From Planctomycetaceae bacterium (GTDB lineage Bacteria > Planctomycetota > Planctomycetia > Planctomycetales > Planctomycetaceae), in assembly GCA_041398905.1 (NCBI GenBank), contig JAWKTV010000001.1, forward strand, positions 582,621-646,620: DNA of 64,000 bases. The letters run 5' to 3'. Positions 20,669 through 29,173 of this stretch are shown in pieces (the stretch's first letter is position 1; every line of letters begins with the position of its first letter). The notes under the pieces are model-generated. The model ran no database searches. It was not told the DNA's origin and saw only the letters and a list, made by a program, of their open reading frames with translations. The position numbers and the translations under genes are program-made.

Positions 20669-21817
20669 GTGGAACTTCCTCGCAATCCGACCCGTCCCGT
20701 CCGCATTGGTTCGGTCACGATTGGTGCCGGCAACCCGATCGCCGTCCAAAGTATGACGGCGACGCACACCCAGAACATCGACGCGACGGTCGCGCAGGTC
20801 AACGACCTCGTGGCCGCCGGAGCGGATGTGGTCCGCGTCGCCGTCGACAGCAACAAGGACGCCGCAGCGCTCGCCGAGGTCGCGCGACAGACGACGGCGA
20901 ATCTCGTCGTCGACCTGCAGGAGAACTACCGGTTGGCGGAGCTGGTCGCTCCGCACGTCGCCAAGCTCCGCTACAACCCCGGCCATCTGTATCACCACGA
21001 GCGGGACAAGCCGTGGCAGGAGAAGGTTCACTATATCGTCGGTATCGCTCGTGACCACGACTGCGCGATCCGGATCGGCGTCAACTGCGGCTCCGTCGAT
21101 CCCGCCAAGAAGGAACAATTCGGTCACGACGACTCCATCTCACCGATGCTCGATTCCGCGTATGACCATTGTCGCGTCCTCGATGATCTCGGCTTCACCC
21201 GATATTGCGTCTCGTTGAAGGACTCGGACCCACAGAAGGTGATCGAGGTCAATCGCCGCTTCGCGGAAGCGCGACCCGAGGTGCCGCTGCATCTGGGCGT
21301 TACGGAGGCCGGCATGCCGCCGGATGGCATCATCAAGACGCGAATCGCGTTCGAGCAGCTCATCAGCCGCGGAATCGGCGACACGATTCGCGTCTCACTG
21401 ACGGTGCCGAACTCACGCAAGGGGGAAGAGATTGCCGCAGGCCGGAAGATCCTGGCCGACATCGCCGCCGGCCGCGTCCGGTCGGTCGTCGACTATGGAC
21501 TTCCGACGCTCAATATCATCTCCTGCCCGAGTTGCTCGCGGGTTGAGAACGAAGCATTCATCGACCTCGCCGAACAGGTCAAGGAGATGACGCAGTACGC
21601 GAAGGATCATGCCATCACGATCGCCGTGATGGGGTGTCGGGTGAATGGCCCGGGAGAGACGGACGACGCCGATCTGGGCCTGTGGTGCGGCCCGACACAT
21701 GTCAATCTCAAGAAGGGCCCCGAGTCGATCGGAGCCTACACCTACGACGAAATTCTGCCTCGTTTGAAGTCGGAGTTGGATCGGGTGATCGCCGAGCGTG
21801 GGGCCGCTGCGAATTGA
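20669..21817 (+). CDS. ispG: 4-hydroxy-3-methylbut-2-en-1-yl diphosphate synthase (flavodoxin)
   Basis: GTG start. [30 protein letters not shown]..., RVAVDS, INCGS-type VNCGSVD, and C-terminal SCPSCSR...GCRVNGPGE cluster ligands are all present. Confidence 0.92.
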   Translation: MELPRNPTRPVRIGSVTIGAGNPIAVQSMTATHTQNIDATVAQVNDLVAAGADVVRVAVDSNKDAAALAEVARQTTANLVVDLQENYRLAELVAPHVAKLRYNPGHLYHHERDKPWQEKVHYIVGIARDHDCAIRIGVNCGSVDPAKKEQFGHDDSISPMLDSAYDHCRVLDDLGFTRYCVSLKDSDPQKVIEVNRRFAEARPEVPLHLGVTEAGMPPDGIIKTRIAFEQLISRGIGDTIRVSLTVPNSRKGEEIAAGRKILADIAAGRVRSVVDYGLPTLNIISCPSCSRVENEAFIDLAEQVKEMTQYAKDHAITIAVMGCRVNGPGETDDADLGLWCGPTHVNLKKGPESIGAYTYDEILPRLKSELDRVIAERGAAAN

Positions 21818-21937
21818 CCGGGATGTTGGCCGGCCTTGCCACTGAAGTCGGGATGGACCGGCTGCTCGACACCGCTCCCGACGCGGCATGACTCGGCCAC
21901 TGATCCTGGAGCGAACAGCGACGCTCGCGACGCCACA

Positions 21938-23368
21938 CTACCCTCCGTAACTGCGGCCGCCGTCCTTCACTTTGCGGCTGATGCGGTTATGGGCGTACAG
22001 GCCATTGAGCACCAGTTCGCCGCACGCGGCGATGAGTTGGGCGTGCAGCGGTCCATTGGTCAACTCCGGGGCCAGGTCGCCCGCGATTCGATCGAGCTGG
22101 CGGCGGAAGCCCTTCACGCTATCAAGCTGCTTCAGCAGGTCATCCGGTGGCTGCTCAGCGCTCCACTCCAGTCGTTGGCCGGTCTCGAAATGTTCAACGA
22201 CCTCGCGAAACTGCTTGGGGTTGAGGGTCTGATCGAAAACATTCTTGATCGCCTCGTCGGTGAGTCTTTCGATGAGACGGTCTTCTTCGCCGACCTCTTC
22301 CGTCATTGAAAGTTCGAGCTTGCCGCGCGTGCTCGGGGCCAGCCATTCAAGGTCCGATGGCCGGGCGATCACCGTGTCGAGTCCCAGCCGGATGCCGCGG
22401 CGTTCCGCGTTCGACACAGTGTTTTCATAGTTTGCGATCGACATTCGCACGCTGACGCCGCTGGCCTGGTTGACGTGCGGACTGGTTCGCGCGAGCCGGC
22501 TCGTCTCCTCGACGATCTCCCGCACGAACGGCGGTACAATCACCCGGACACCGTCTTTCCGGTCGGTCCACGCGTTCTCATCGGTGATCTGCATGCCCAG
22601 CTCGCGCGTCAGCGGGTAATGGGTGCGGATGACCGAGCCGATGCGGTCCTTGAGCGGCGTCACAATGCGGCCACGATTGGTGTAGTCCTCCGGATTCGCG
22701 CTGAACACCATGCACAGGTCGAGAGGCAGACGCACCGTGAAACCGCGCACCTGCACGTCGCGTTCTTCCAGCACGTTAAACAGCCCGACCTGAATCTTGG
22801 GTGCAAGGTCCGGCAGTTCATTCATGGCGAAGATGCCGCGATGGCTGCGGGGGATCAGGCCGAAGTGCAGCACGTCCTCGCTGGAAAGGTGCCGGCCCTC
22901 GGCATGCTTGATGAGGTCGACCTCGCCAATGAGATCAGCGATCGTCACGTCGGGGGTCGCCAGCTTCTCGTGATACCGTTCATCGCGACCGACCCAGTCG
23001 ACCGGTGTCGCATCCCCCTCGCTGGCCACGCGGTCCCGGGCGTACTTCGACAGCGGAGCCAGCGGATCGTCGTTGATCTCCGAACCGGCGACGACTGGGA
23101 TCGCATCATCCAGCAGCCGAGTCAGCAGCCGCAGCATGCGGGTCTTGCCCTGCCCCCGCAGTCCTAAAAACAACATGTCATGCTGCGACAGCACCGCGTT
23201 GACGATCTGTGGCACCACCGTGTCGTCATACCCGCGAATGCCCGGAAACAACGGCTCACCCGATCGCAGCAGGCGAATCAGGTTCCGTCGCAGCTCCCGC
23301 TTGACGGGGACTGGCTGGTAGCCCGATTCACGAAGCTGGCCGAGCGTGGCGGGACGGTCACTCATCAT
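21938..23368 (-). CDS. AAA+ ATPase of the ChlI/MoxR (Mg-chelatase-like) clade
   Basis: The sequence from MMSDRPATLGQLRESGY... contains Walker A LGLRGQGKTRM, Walker B-like GIFAMNELPDL, and FSANPEDYTNRGRIVTPLKDRIG (arginine-finger / sensor region typical of the clade). It is about 476 aa. No VWA partner gene follows it. Confidence 0.82.
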   Translation of the reverse strand: MMSDRPATLGQLRESGYQPVPVKRELRRNLIRLLRSGEPLFPGIRGYDDTVVPQIVNAVLSQHDMLFLGLRGQGKTRMLRLLTRLLDDAIPVVAGSEINDDPLAPLSKYARDRVASEGDATPVDWVGRDERYHEKLATPDVTIADLIGEVDLIKHAEGRHLSSEDVLHFGLIPRSHRGIFAMNELPDLAPKIQVGLFNVLEERDVQVRGFTVRLPLDLCMVFSANPEDYTNRGRIVTPLKDRIGSVIRTHYPLTRELGMQITDENAWTDRKDGVRVIVPPFVREIVEETSRLARTSPHVNQASGVSVRMSIANYENTVSNAERRGIRLGLDTVIARPSDLEWLAPSTRGKLELSMTEEVGEEDRLIERLTDEAIKNVFDQTLNPKQFREVVEHFETGQRLEWSAEQPPDDLLKQLDSVKGFRRQLDRIAGDLAPELTNGPLHAQLIAACGELVLNGLYAHNRISRKVKDGGRSYGG

Positions 23369-23442
23369 CGCATCCGGTTGACAGGATTGGCGGGGCAAAT
23401 GCAGTCCCGGTATTCTAGGCCCCAGGCCTTTCGAGACCATCC

Positions 23443-23712
23443 ATGCCGCGCATCGAATTCACGCCACAACTCGCCAAGCATGTCGACTGCCCGGCCCGTG
23501 ACAGCGACGCCGCGTCTCTAAGGACCGCTTTGGATGAGGCGTTCGCCGCCAGCCCCAAGCTCCGCGGCTACATCCTCGACGACCAGAGCCGCCTGCGGCA
23601 GCATGTGGCGATCTTTGTGGACAACCAGCTCCTGAGGGATCGCGACAACTGGAACGTCCCGTTGCGGCCCGAGAGTTTGGTCTTCGTCATGCAGGCGCTG
23701 TCCGGCGGATAG
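23443..23712 (+). CDS. MoaD/ThiS-family beta-grasp (ubiquitin-like / sulfur-carrier) protein ending in Gly-Gly
   Basis: The product is 89 aa with a pattern like MoaD/ThiS (...HVAIFVDNQLL...ESLVFVMQALSGG*). The diglycine is directly followed by TAG at 23710-23712. Confidence 0.72.
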   Translation: MPRIEFTPQLAKHVDCPARDSDAASLRTALDEAFAASPKLRGYILDDQSRLRQHVAIFVDNQLLRDRDNWNVPLRPESLVFVMQALSGG

Positions 23713-23784
23713 ATCGCCATCGCGGCCCGCCCGCGATGCGCCACAGCGTTCATCCATCCTCCCTCAACAAAGTTCGCAACGGCC

Positions 23785-24909
23785 ATGTCCGACTCCCTGC
23801 TGCTCGCCACCCGCAAGGGCCTGTTCACCGTCAAGCAAACCCGGGGCCAGTGGACGCTCGACCGGCTCGACTTCCTCGGCCAGACGGTCAACATGTTGCT
23901 CGACGACCCGCGGGACGGCGCGCTGTACGCCGGTCTCGCGCTTGGACACTTCGGCTACAAGCTGCATCGATCAGATGATCGCGGGCGCACGTGGAACGAA
24001 GTCGCCGTCCCCGTCTACCCGGAAGGCGCCGAGTACGGCGCAGGGCCGATGGTGGCGGATGGCGATCCCAAGACGAAGCCGGCCAGCCTCAAGGAGATCT
24101 GGGCGCTGGAAGCCGGTGGCCCCGACCAGCCGGGCCTGCTGTGGGCCGGAACCATTCCTGGCGGACTGTTTTGCTCGCGGGACCGCGGCGAGTCGTGGGA
24201 ACTTGTCACCTCGTTGTGGGATCGGCCCGAGCGCATGGAGTGGTTCGGCGGCGGCAAGGACGACCCGGGCATTCATTCCATCTGCGTCGATCCCCGCGAC
24301 AGCCGGCACGTCACCATCGCCATCTCATGCGGCGGCGTGTGGGAGACAACGGACGCCGGCGAATCGTGGAGCATCATCGGGCAAGGCCTGCGGGCCGACT
24401 TCATGCCCCCCGACATGCAGTATCACCCCAACACTCAAGACGCACACCGGCTCGCCCAGTCGCTCGCCAACCCCGACCACATGTGGGTGCAGCACCACAA
24501 CGGCATCTTCGTCTCACGCGATGGTGCGAAGTCGTTCCAGGAGATCGAACAGGCCGGCCCCTCCGTATTCGGCTTCGCCGTTTGTGCCCATCCACAGGAG
24601 CCGGACACCGCGTGGTTCGTCCCGGCCATCAAGGATGAGTTTCGTATCCCCGTCGACGGGCAACTCGTTGTCACCCGCACCCGCGATGGCGGACAGTCGT
24701 TCGAGACGCTTCGTAACGGCCTGCCGCAGCAGCACTGCTACGACCTCGTGTTCCGTCACGGGTTGGACGTCGATGGGACCGGCCAGAAGCTGGCGATGGG
24801 CTCCTCAACCGGTGGTCTATGGATCACGGACGACGGCGGCGATCGGTGGACGGAGGTCTCGACGACGCTGCCGCAGATCTACTGTGTCAGGTTCGTTCGC
24901 GAGCAGTGA
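23785..24909 (+). CDS. BNR/Asp-box repeat beta-propeller protein (Ycf48/sialidase-like fold)
   Basis: Six Asp-box motifs (SxDxGxxW/F) are present: SDDRGRTW, SRDRGESW, TTDAGESW, SRDGAKSF, TRDGGQSF, TDDGGDRW. There is no signal peptide. Confidence 0.8.
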   Translation: MSDSLLLATRKGLFTVKQTRGQWTLDRLDFLGQTVNMLLDDPRDGALYAGLALGHFGYKLHRSDDRGRTWNEVAVPVYPEGAEYGAGPMVADGDPKTKPASLKEIWALEAGGPDQPGLLWAGTIPGGLFCSRDRGESWELVTSLWDRPERMEWFGGGKDDPGIHSICVDPRDSRHVTIAISCGGVWETTDAGESWSIIGQGLRADFMPPDMQYHPNTQDAHRLAQSLANPDHMWVQHHNGIFVSRDGAKSFQEIEQAGPSVFGFAVCAHPQEPDTAWFVPAIKDEFRIPVDGQLVVTRTRDGGQSFETLRNGLPQQHCYDLVFRHGLDVDGTGQKLAMGSSTGGLWITDDGGDRWTEVSTTLPQIYCVRFVREQ

Positions 24910-24981
24910 GCACGATGCCAAGGCGACCCGTGCCGCACTCATCACCTTGCAGTACCGTTTCCAGCCAGTTTCACAGGCGGA

Positions 24982-25598
24982 TCACTGGTTCGCAGCGCTC
25001 ACCACCATGCTGAAAAGCATGAAGCCTGTCGAAAGCAGGAAGAACAGCCCATTGAGGATAAGTCCAATGGTGGCCTGAGTCTTCGAGAAACCATGTTGCG
25101 ACAGTCCAATGATCCCCAGGATTCCGCCGACGAGCGACGCGATCCACGCGAGGCAACCGACGCCGCAGGAGACCATCGCGACCGCACCAAGCTGCATGAG
25201 GTCTTCCTGACGCGGTGGCCCGCCGCCACCCTTTCAAGTGCGCCGCCGTCATGCCGATGATAAAAAAGCCGATGAAGGCGAGCGCATAAGGCCCAGGTGA
25301 TGCAGCCGATAATCAGCGACGCCTTGCCCATCGGTGATGGTCCACCGCCGCCTTCAGCAGCCGGATTGGACCTGCGTCGTCGCGATTGGGGCCGCTCTTC
25401 CCCCGCTTCGTCAGTCTCGTCCGGCCAGGACTGTTGATCGACGTCCGCGCTGTCGCGGCCCGCGTCCTCGGCCTGCATCGCGAGGCCGGGAACCTCGACC
25501 GCTGCGCCGCAATCGGAGCACTTGAACCTCCGGCCGGCCGCGTCGTCCTTGACGGTATAACTACGGTGACACTGTGGACATTCACAGGAAATCGGCAT
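24982..25598 (-). pseudogene. zinc-ribbon / DUF4190-like small membrane protein, frameshifted at least twice
   Basis: The N-terminus MPISCECPQCHRSYTVKDDAAGRRFKCSDCGAAV has a CxxC...CxxC pattern. An acidic linker follows, then TM pieces in three frames: MGKASLIIGCIT | GPYALAFIGFFIIGMTAAHLKG | ...LMQLGAVAMVSCGVGCLAWIASLVGGILGIIGL...LFFLLSTGFMLFSMVV. The joints are at about 25295 and about 25230. Confidence 0.62.
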
Positions 25599-25717
25599 GA
25601 GACGTCAAACGTGTGCGCGCGGGCGTGGAGACCAGACGGTCGACATCAGCGTATTCCACGGCCCACCTGGTCACAATCGACCGCCGAGGATCTCTCCTGA
25701 CTTCCCGCCTGACCAGA

Positions 25718-27211
25718 CTAAGCCGCAGCGGCGGTGGTGTCGTCCAACTCCTCCGGCGCGCCGTGGTGGACGGGCGGCCCACCATCGGCTTCCAGCAGTT
25801 GCTCCAGTTTGACGACGAGCGAGCGGATGATCTCTTCCGCCTGAGCCTTCTCGCGACGCCAATGTTCGCGCAACAATTGCCAGCGGTGCTCGCGCTCGTG
25901 CAGGCCGATGATCTGCGTCCGCAGCCGAGTCTCGCGGCGTTCGGCATCGAGTTCCCGCTCGTGCAGACGATCGGCGGCGACCTCGCGCTCTTCGCGAAAC
26001 GCGGACCGCTTCTCGTGGATTTGCCGGATTAGTCCCTGCAGCTCCAGTCGACGTTCGGCGTGGCTCGTCTCGAGCTGCTGATGGAATTCCAGCAACGCTT
26101 TGCGTGCCCGCTCGTAGCGGTGGCCGGCCTCTTCCTGCCCCGCCTCGTCCGCGTACTCCGCCCGCGCCTGCTCGAACGCCATGCTCTGTTCGAGCAGTTC
26201 CCGCTGTTTCTGCTCGGCCTCAACACGTTGGCGATCAAGCTCGCCGCGTCGCGATTCGAGCAGGCTCGCATTGGCATTCAACAGCTCTTTCTGGCGTTTG
26301 ATGGCCGCCAGCTCGCGGGCCTCCAGCAGACGGAACGCCTCGCTCTGCTGATCGAGTTCCCGATGCCTCGCGGCCACCTGACGTTCGAGGTCGCGGCGGT
26401 CGTCACGGACCGTCTGCTCGGCCCGCGCAAGTGACTCCTCGCGTTCCTCGACCAGCTCTCGGAACCGGCGAATGTGCGCGAAGCGAAGCCGGATCGACTC
26501 CTCGACCTGCTCCTTCCAGACCCGTTGCCGCTGCCGATCGCGTTCAAGGTCGGCACGTTGTTCCGCCAGCTCCGCCCGCAATCGCTCCAGGTGGTCATGA
26601 TGGAAGCGGGTCCGCTTCTCGAGGTCGATCCGCTCCTGCGCAAGCTGAGCCGACTGTTCCGCGAGTTTCGCCTGCGCGGCAGATCGCTCCGCCTCCCATT
26701 GAACGACCTCCTGTTCATACAGCTTGCGCGTTAGGTCAAAGCCCGCTCGCTGCTGTCGCAGTTCTTCGCGATCGCGCTCGATGGCGTCGTCGAGGGCTGC
26801 CTGGTAGTTCGCGCGCTCGGCATCGAGTTCGAGCCTCGCGCGGGCGAGTGCCCGCTGCTCCGCCTCCAGTTCCGCAGCCCGCGATTCGCAGGCGCGGACT
26901 TGCTCGCTTCTGGCCAGTTCCGCTTCGCGCGCGGCACGTAGCCGGTCTTGTGACTGCTCTTCGAATTCGCGGACCCGCATCCGAAAAAGCCGCTGCTCCT
27001 GGTCGAGCGTCGAGAGCGCGCGTTCAGGGACTGCTCACGGCGGTCGACCTCCGCCAGCTGCGCGGAGGTGGTCCAGCATCCGGCCGGCCTGCACCAGGGT
27101 TTGCTCATCGAGCGGCCTTGGCCGTCGACCGCGATCCTCCGTGCCACGGTCCTGTTCGTCGTGAAACGATTCCGGATCGCCAGTGCGTGTCGCCAGTGCT
27201 GCGTCGCTCAT
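25718..27211 (-). pseudogene. E/R/A/L/Q-rich long coiled-coil protein (about 497 aa), two compensating frame breaks near 27015-27075
   Basis: The ATG at 27211 is preceded by AGGAAAGGA (MSDAALATRTGDPESF...). The frame is interrupted at 27035. The middle piece SAQLAEVDRREQSLN reads in another frame, then the original frame resumes (ALSTLDQEQRLFRMRVREFEEQ...). About 420 aa of uninterrupted charged heptad-like sequence follows. Confidence 0.72.
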
Positions 27212-27340
27212 CGGGAGTCCTTTCCTCGCGAGTCGAAAACAATTCGGCACTGCGAGCAGGGCTGGGGCGAAATCGCCCGGCCCCGCGTTCGTCAGGCCAC
27301 AGCGGCCAGTCAGCACCGAAGCGCCGTCCCGCCGTCAGAC

Positions 27341-27364
27341 CGGGCAGCACCGGCGTGCTGCCCG
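27341..27364 (-). terminator. strong GC hairpin 18 nt downstream of trxA (terminator/attenuator candidate, no U-tract)
   Basis: CGGGCAGCAC-CGGC-GTGCTGCCCG is a perfect 10-bp stem with a 4-nt loop. It lies between the trxA stop (27383) and the next minus-strand start (27211). Confidence 0.45.
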
Positions 27365-27382
27365 GAAGTCCAACCACCCACA

Positions 27383-27712
27383 CTAGGAAACGTGCTTCGC
27401 CACCATCTGGGCGATCATCTGCTTGGGCTGGGCTCCCATCGTCCGCTCGACGACCTTGCCGCCCTTGAACAGCATCAGCGTCGGGATGGACTGAATCTGA
27501 TGTTGAATCGCGATCTGGCGAGCTTCGTCGGTGTTGACCTTGCCAACCTTCACCTTTCCGGCGAGATCGTTGGCGAGTTCATCAATCGTGGGAGCCAGCA
27601 TCTTGCAGGGACCGCACCACGGAGCCCAAAAGTCGACGAGGACCGGGGTATCCGATTCCAGGACTTCGCTCTGGAAGTTGTTGTCGTTGAATTCTTTGAC
27701 GTTGCCAGCCAT
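27383..27712 (-). CDS. trxA: thioredoxin
   Basis: MAGNVKEFNDNNFQSEVLESDTPVLVDFWAPWCGPCKMLAP... carries the WCGPC active site. The product is 109 aa from the ATG at 27712. Confidence 0.93.
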   Translation of the reverse strand: MAGNVKEFNDNNFQSEVLESDTPVLVDFWAPWCGPCKMLAPTIDELANDLAGKVKVGKVNTDEARQIAIQHQIQSIPTLMLFKGGKVVERTMGAQPKQMIAQMVAKHVS

Positions 27713-27892
27713 GCCACATCCAATCTGTTGAATCTGCGTCGTCGTCGACGCCAATCGTGGGCCATCAACACGACGCTGTCGGGTCGATGGCGAAAGTGGG
27801 AAATCCTCGACCGTGCCAACATCTGTCGGCCCCGGTGATTGAACGGGCGAATTATTGGAGAATCACCGGAAAGAGTCAACGGGCGTCTGTCG

Positions 27893-27920
27893 GTCAAAAC
27901 TAGACGCAAACTATTGCGTC
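27893..27920 (-). terminator. intrinsic terminator candidate after the amidohydrolase/ABC operon
   Basis: The minus-sense RNA reads GACGCAA-UAGU-UUGCGUC followed by UAGUUUUG. The stem is 7 bp, located 143 nt after the stop at 28063. Confidence 0.45.
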
Positions 27921-28062
27921 CGAATCGGTTGCAAGGCGCCGCAATCATGAACCCAAACGGCTCCGCGCGGGACGCCCACCTCCCCAGGCCCCGTCGGACA
28001 TGGCGTCTGCCAACCGGCTGACGGAAAACTGCTGCCCAGCCTCATCGCAGCAGGATCGTGGC

Positions 28063-29040
28063 TCACTCGGCCGTCCGCTCCGCATCCTTCGTGAAGAACA
28101 CTCGTTCGGCGGTCCCCCGCAGCAGCCAGTCGCGTTCGGCGTCGGTCAGGAAATCCAGATGCTCGCGCACCAGTGCGAGGGAAGCAGCGTAGCTGTTCGG
28201 CGGAGCCAACTGATACGGAGAGTCGCTCGCCCACATCAGTCGCTCGGCGCCGAAGCTTTCCAGCAGACGGCGGATCATCGGGATCAGGTCGGTGTAGGGC
28301 GGCCGCTTGTTGCCGAGGGCATAGTACGCCGAGATCTTGACATGCATGTTGGGGTGTCGCGCGAGTCGGCAGAGAGCGTCAACATCGGCCGGTCTGATCT
28401 CGCCGTCCATCCCGACGCGGGCGAAGTGATCAACGACGACGGTCGTCTCTGGAGTGCGGGCCGCCATTTCGTCGACCATCGGGATGTGCTCCGGATTGAT
28501 GAGCGGACACATCGCCAGCCGCAGCTCGGTCGCATGATCCCAGAAGCTGCGCATCGCGGGACTGTCGATCCAACGGCCCCCCCCGCCGTCGACGGGACGG
28601 ATGCGAAACCCGCGAACGCCTAAACCGGCCAGCCGTTCAATCTCCGCACGCTGGTCCGGCCGCTGGTCGTCGATGCCGGCGACCGCCGAAAAGACGCCGG
28701 GGTGCGCGGCGATGGCATCGGTGATGTACGAGTTGTCGAAGCCGTGATAAGGGCCGTGCTGAATCAGCACGAACCGGTCGACGCCAAACTGCCCACCCAG
28801 CTCGATGAGCTGCTTGTCCGTAAAGTCGCGAGGTTTCAGGTCATCAGCGGTCTGATCACCGGCAAGGGGGTACCTGTCGAGGTCGGACGTCCAGATATGG
28901 GCGTGCGCGTCGATCGCGCCAGCAGCCGGCTTCTGCGTATCATCCGCCATCCCGGACGCGGCGGTTGCCAGCACGGCGCCAGCTGAGGCGGCGGTCGCCA
29001 GAAAGCCACGACGGTTCAGTGAAGGTTCAGCAGGGCGCAT
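28063..29040 (-). CDS. amidohydrolase-2 family metal-dependent hydrolase with twin-arginine signal
   Basis: MRPAEPSLNRRGFLATAASAGAVLATAASG is a Tat-type leader. AIDAHAHIW is an HxH metal motif. Later VVVDHFARVG and WASDSPY match the TIM-barrel amidohydrolase_2 pattern. Confidence 0.82.
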   Translation of the reverse strand: MRPAEPSLNRRGFLATAASAGAVLATAASGMADDTQKPAAGAIDAHAHIWTSDLDRYPLAGDQTADDLKPRDFTDKQLIELGGQFGVDRFVLIQHGPYHGFDNSYITDAIAAHPGVFSAVAGIDDQRPDQRAEIERLAGLGVRGFRIRPVDGGGGRWIDSPAMRSFWDHATELRLAMCPLINPEHIPMVDEMAARTPETTVVVDHFARVGMDGEIRPADVDALCRLARHPNMHVKISAYYALGNKRPPYTDLIPMIRRLLESFGAERLMWASDSPYQLAPPNSYAASLALVREHLDFLTDAERDWLLRGTAERVFFTKDAERTAE

Positions 29041-29173
29041 CGGATGGCTCCGGGAGGATTGATGGGGAGGATCAAACGTAATGGCTGGGGATGCGGGGCC
29101 CGGTCAATCCTTCACCATGAACAACGGCACCAGACCGCGCGTCAATGGTGTCGTGTGTCCGGGTGATGCTCCG

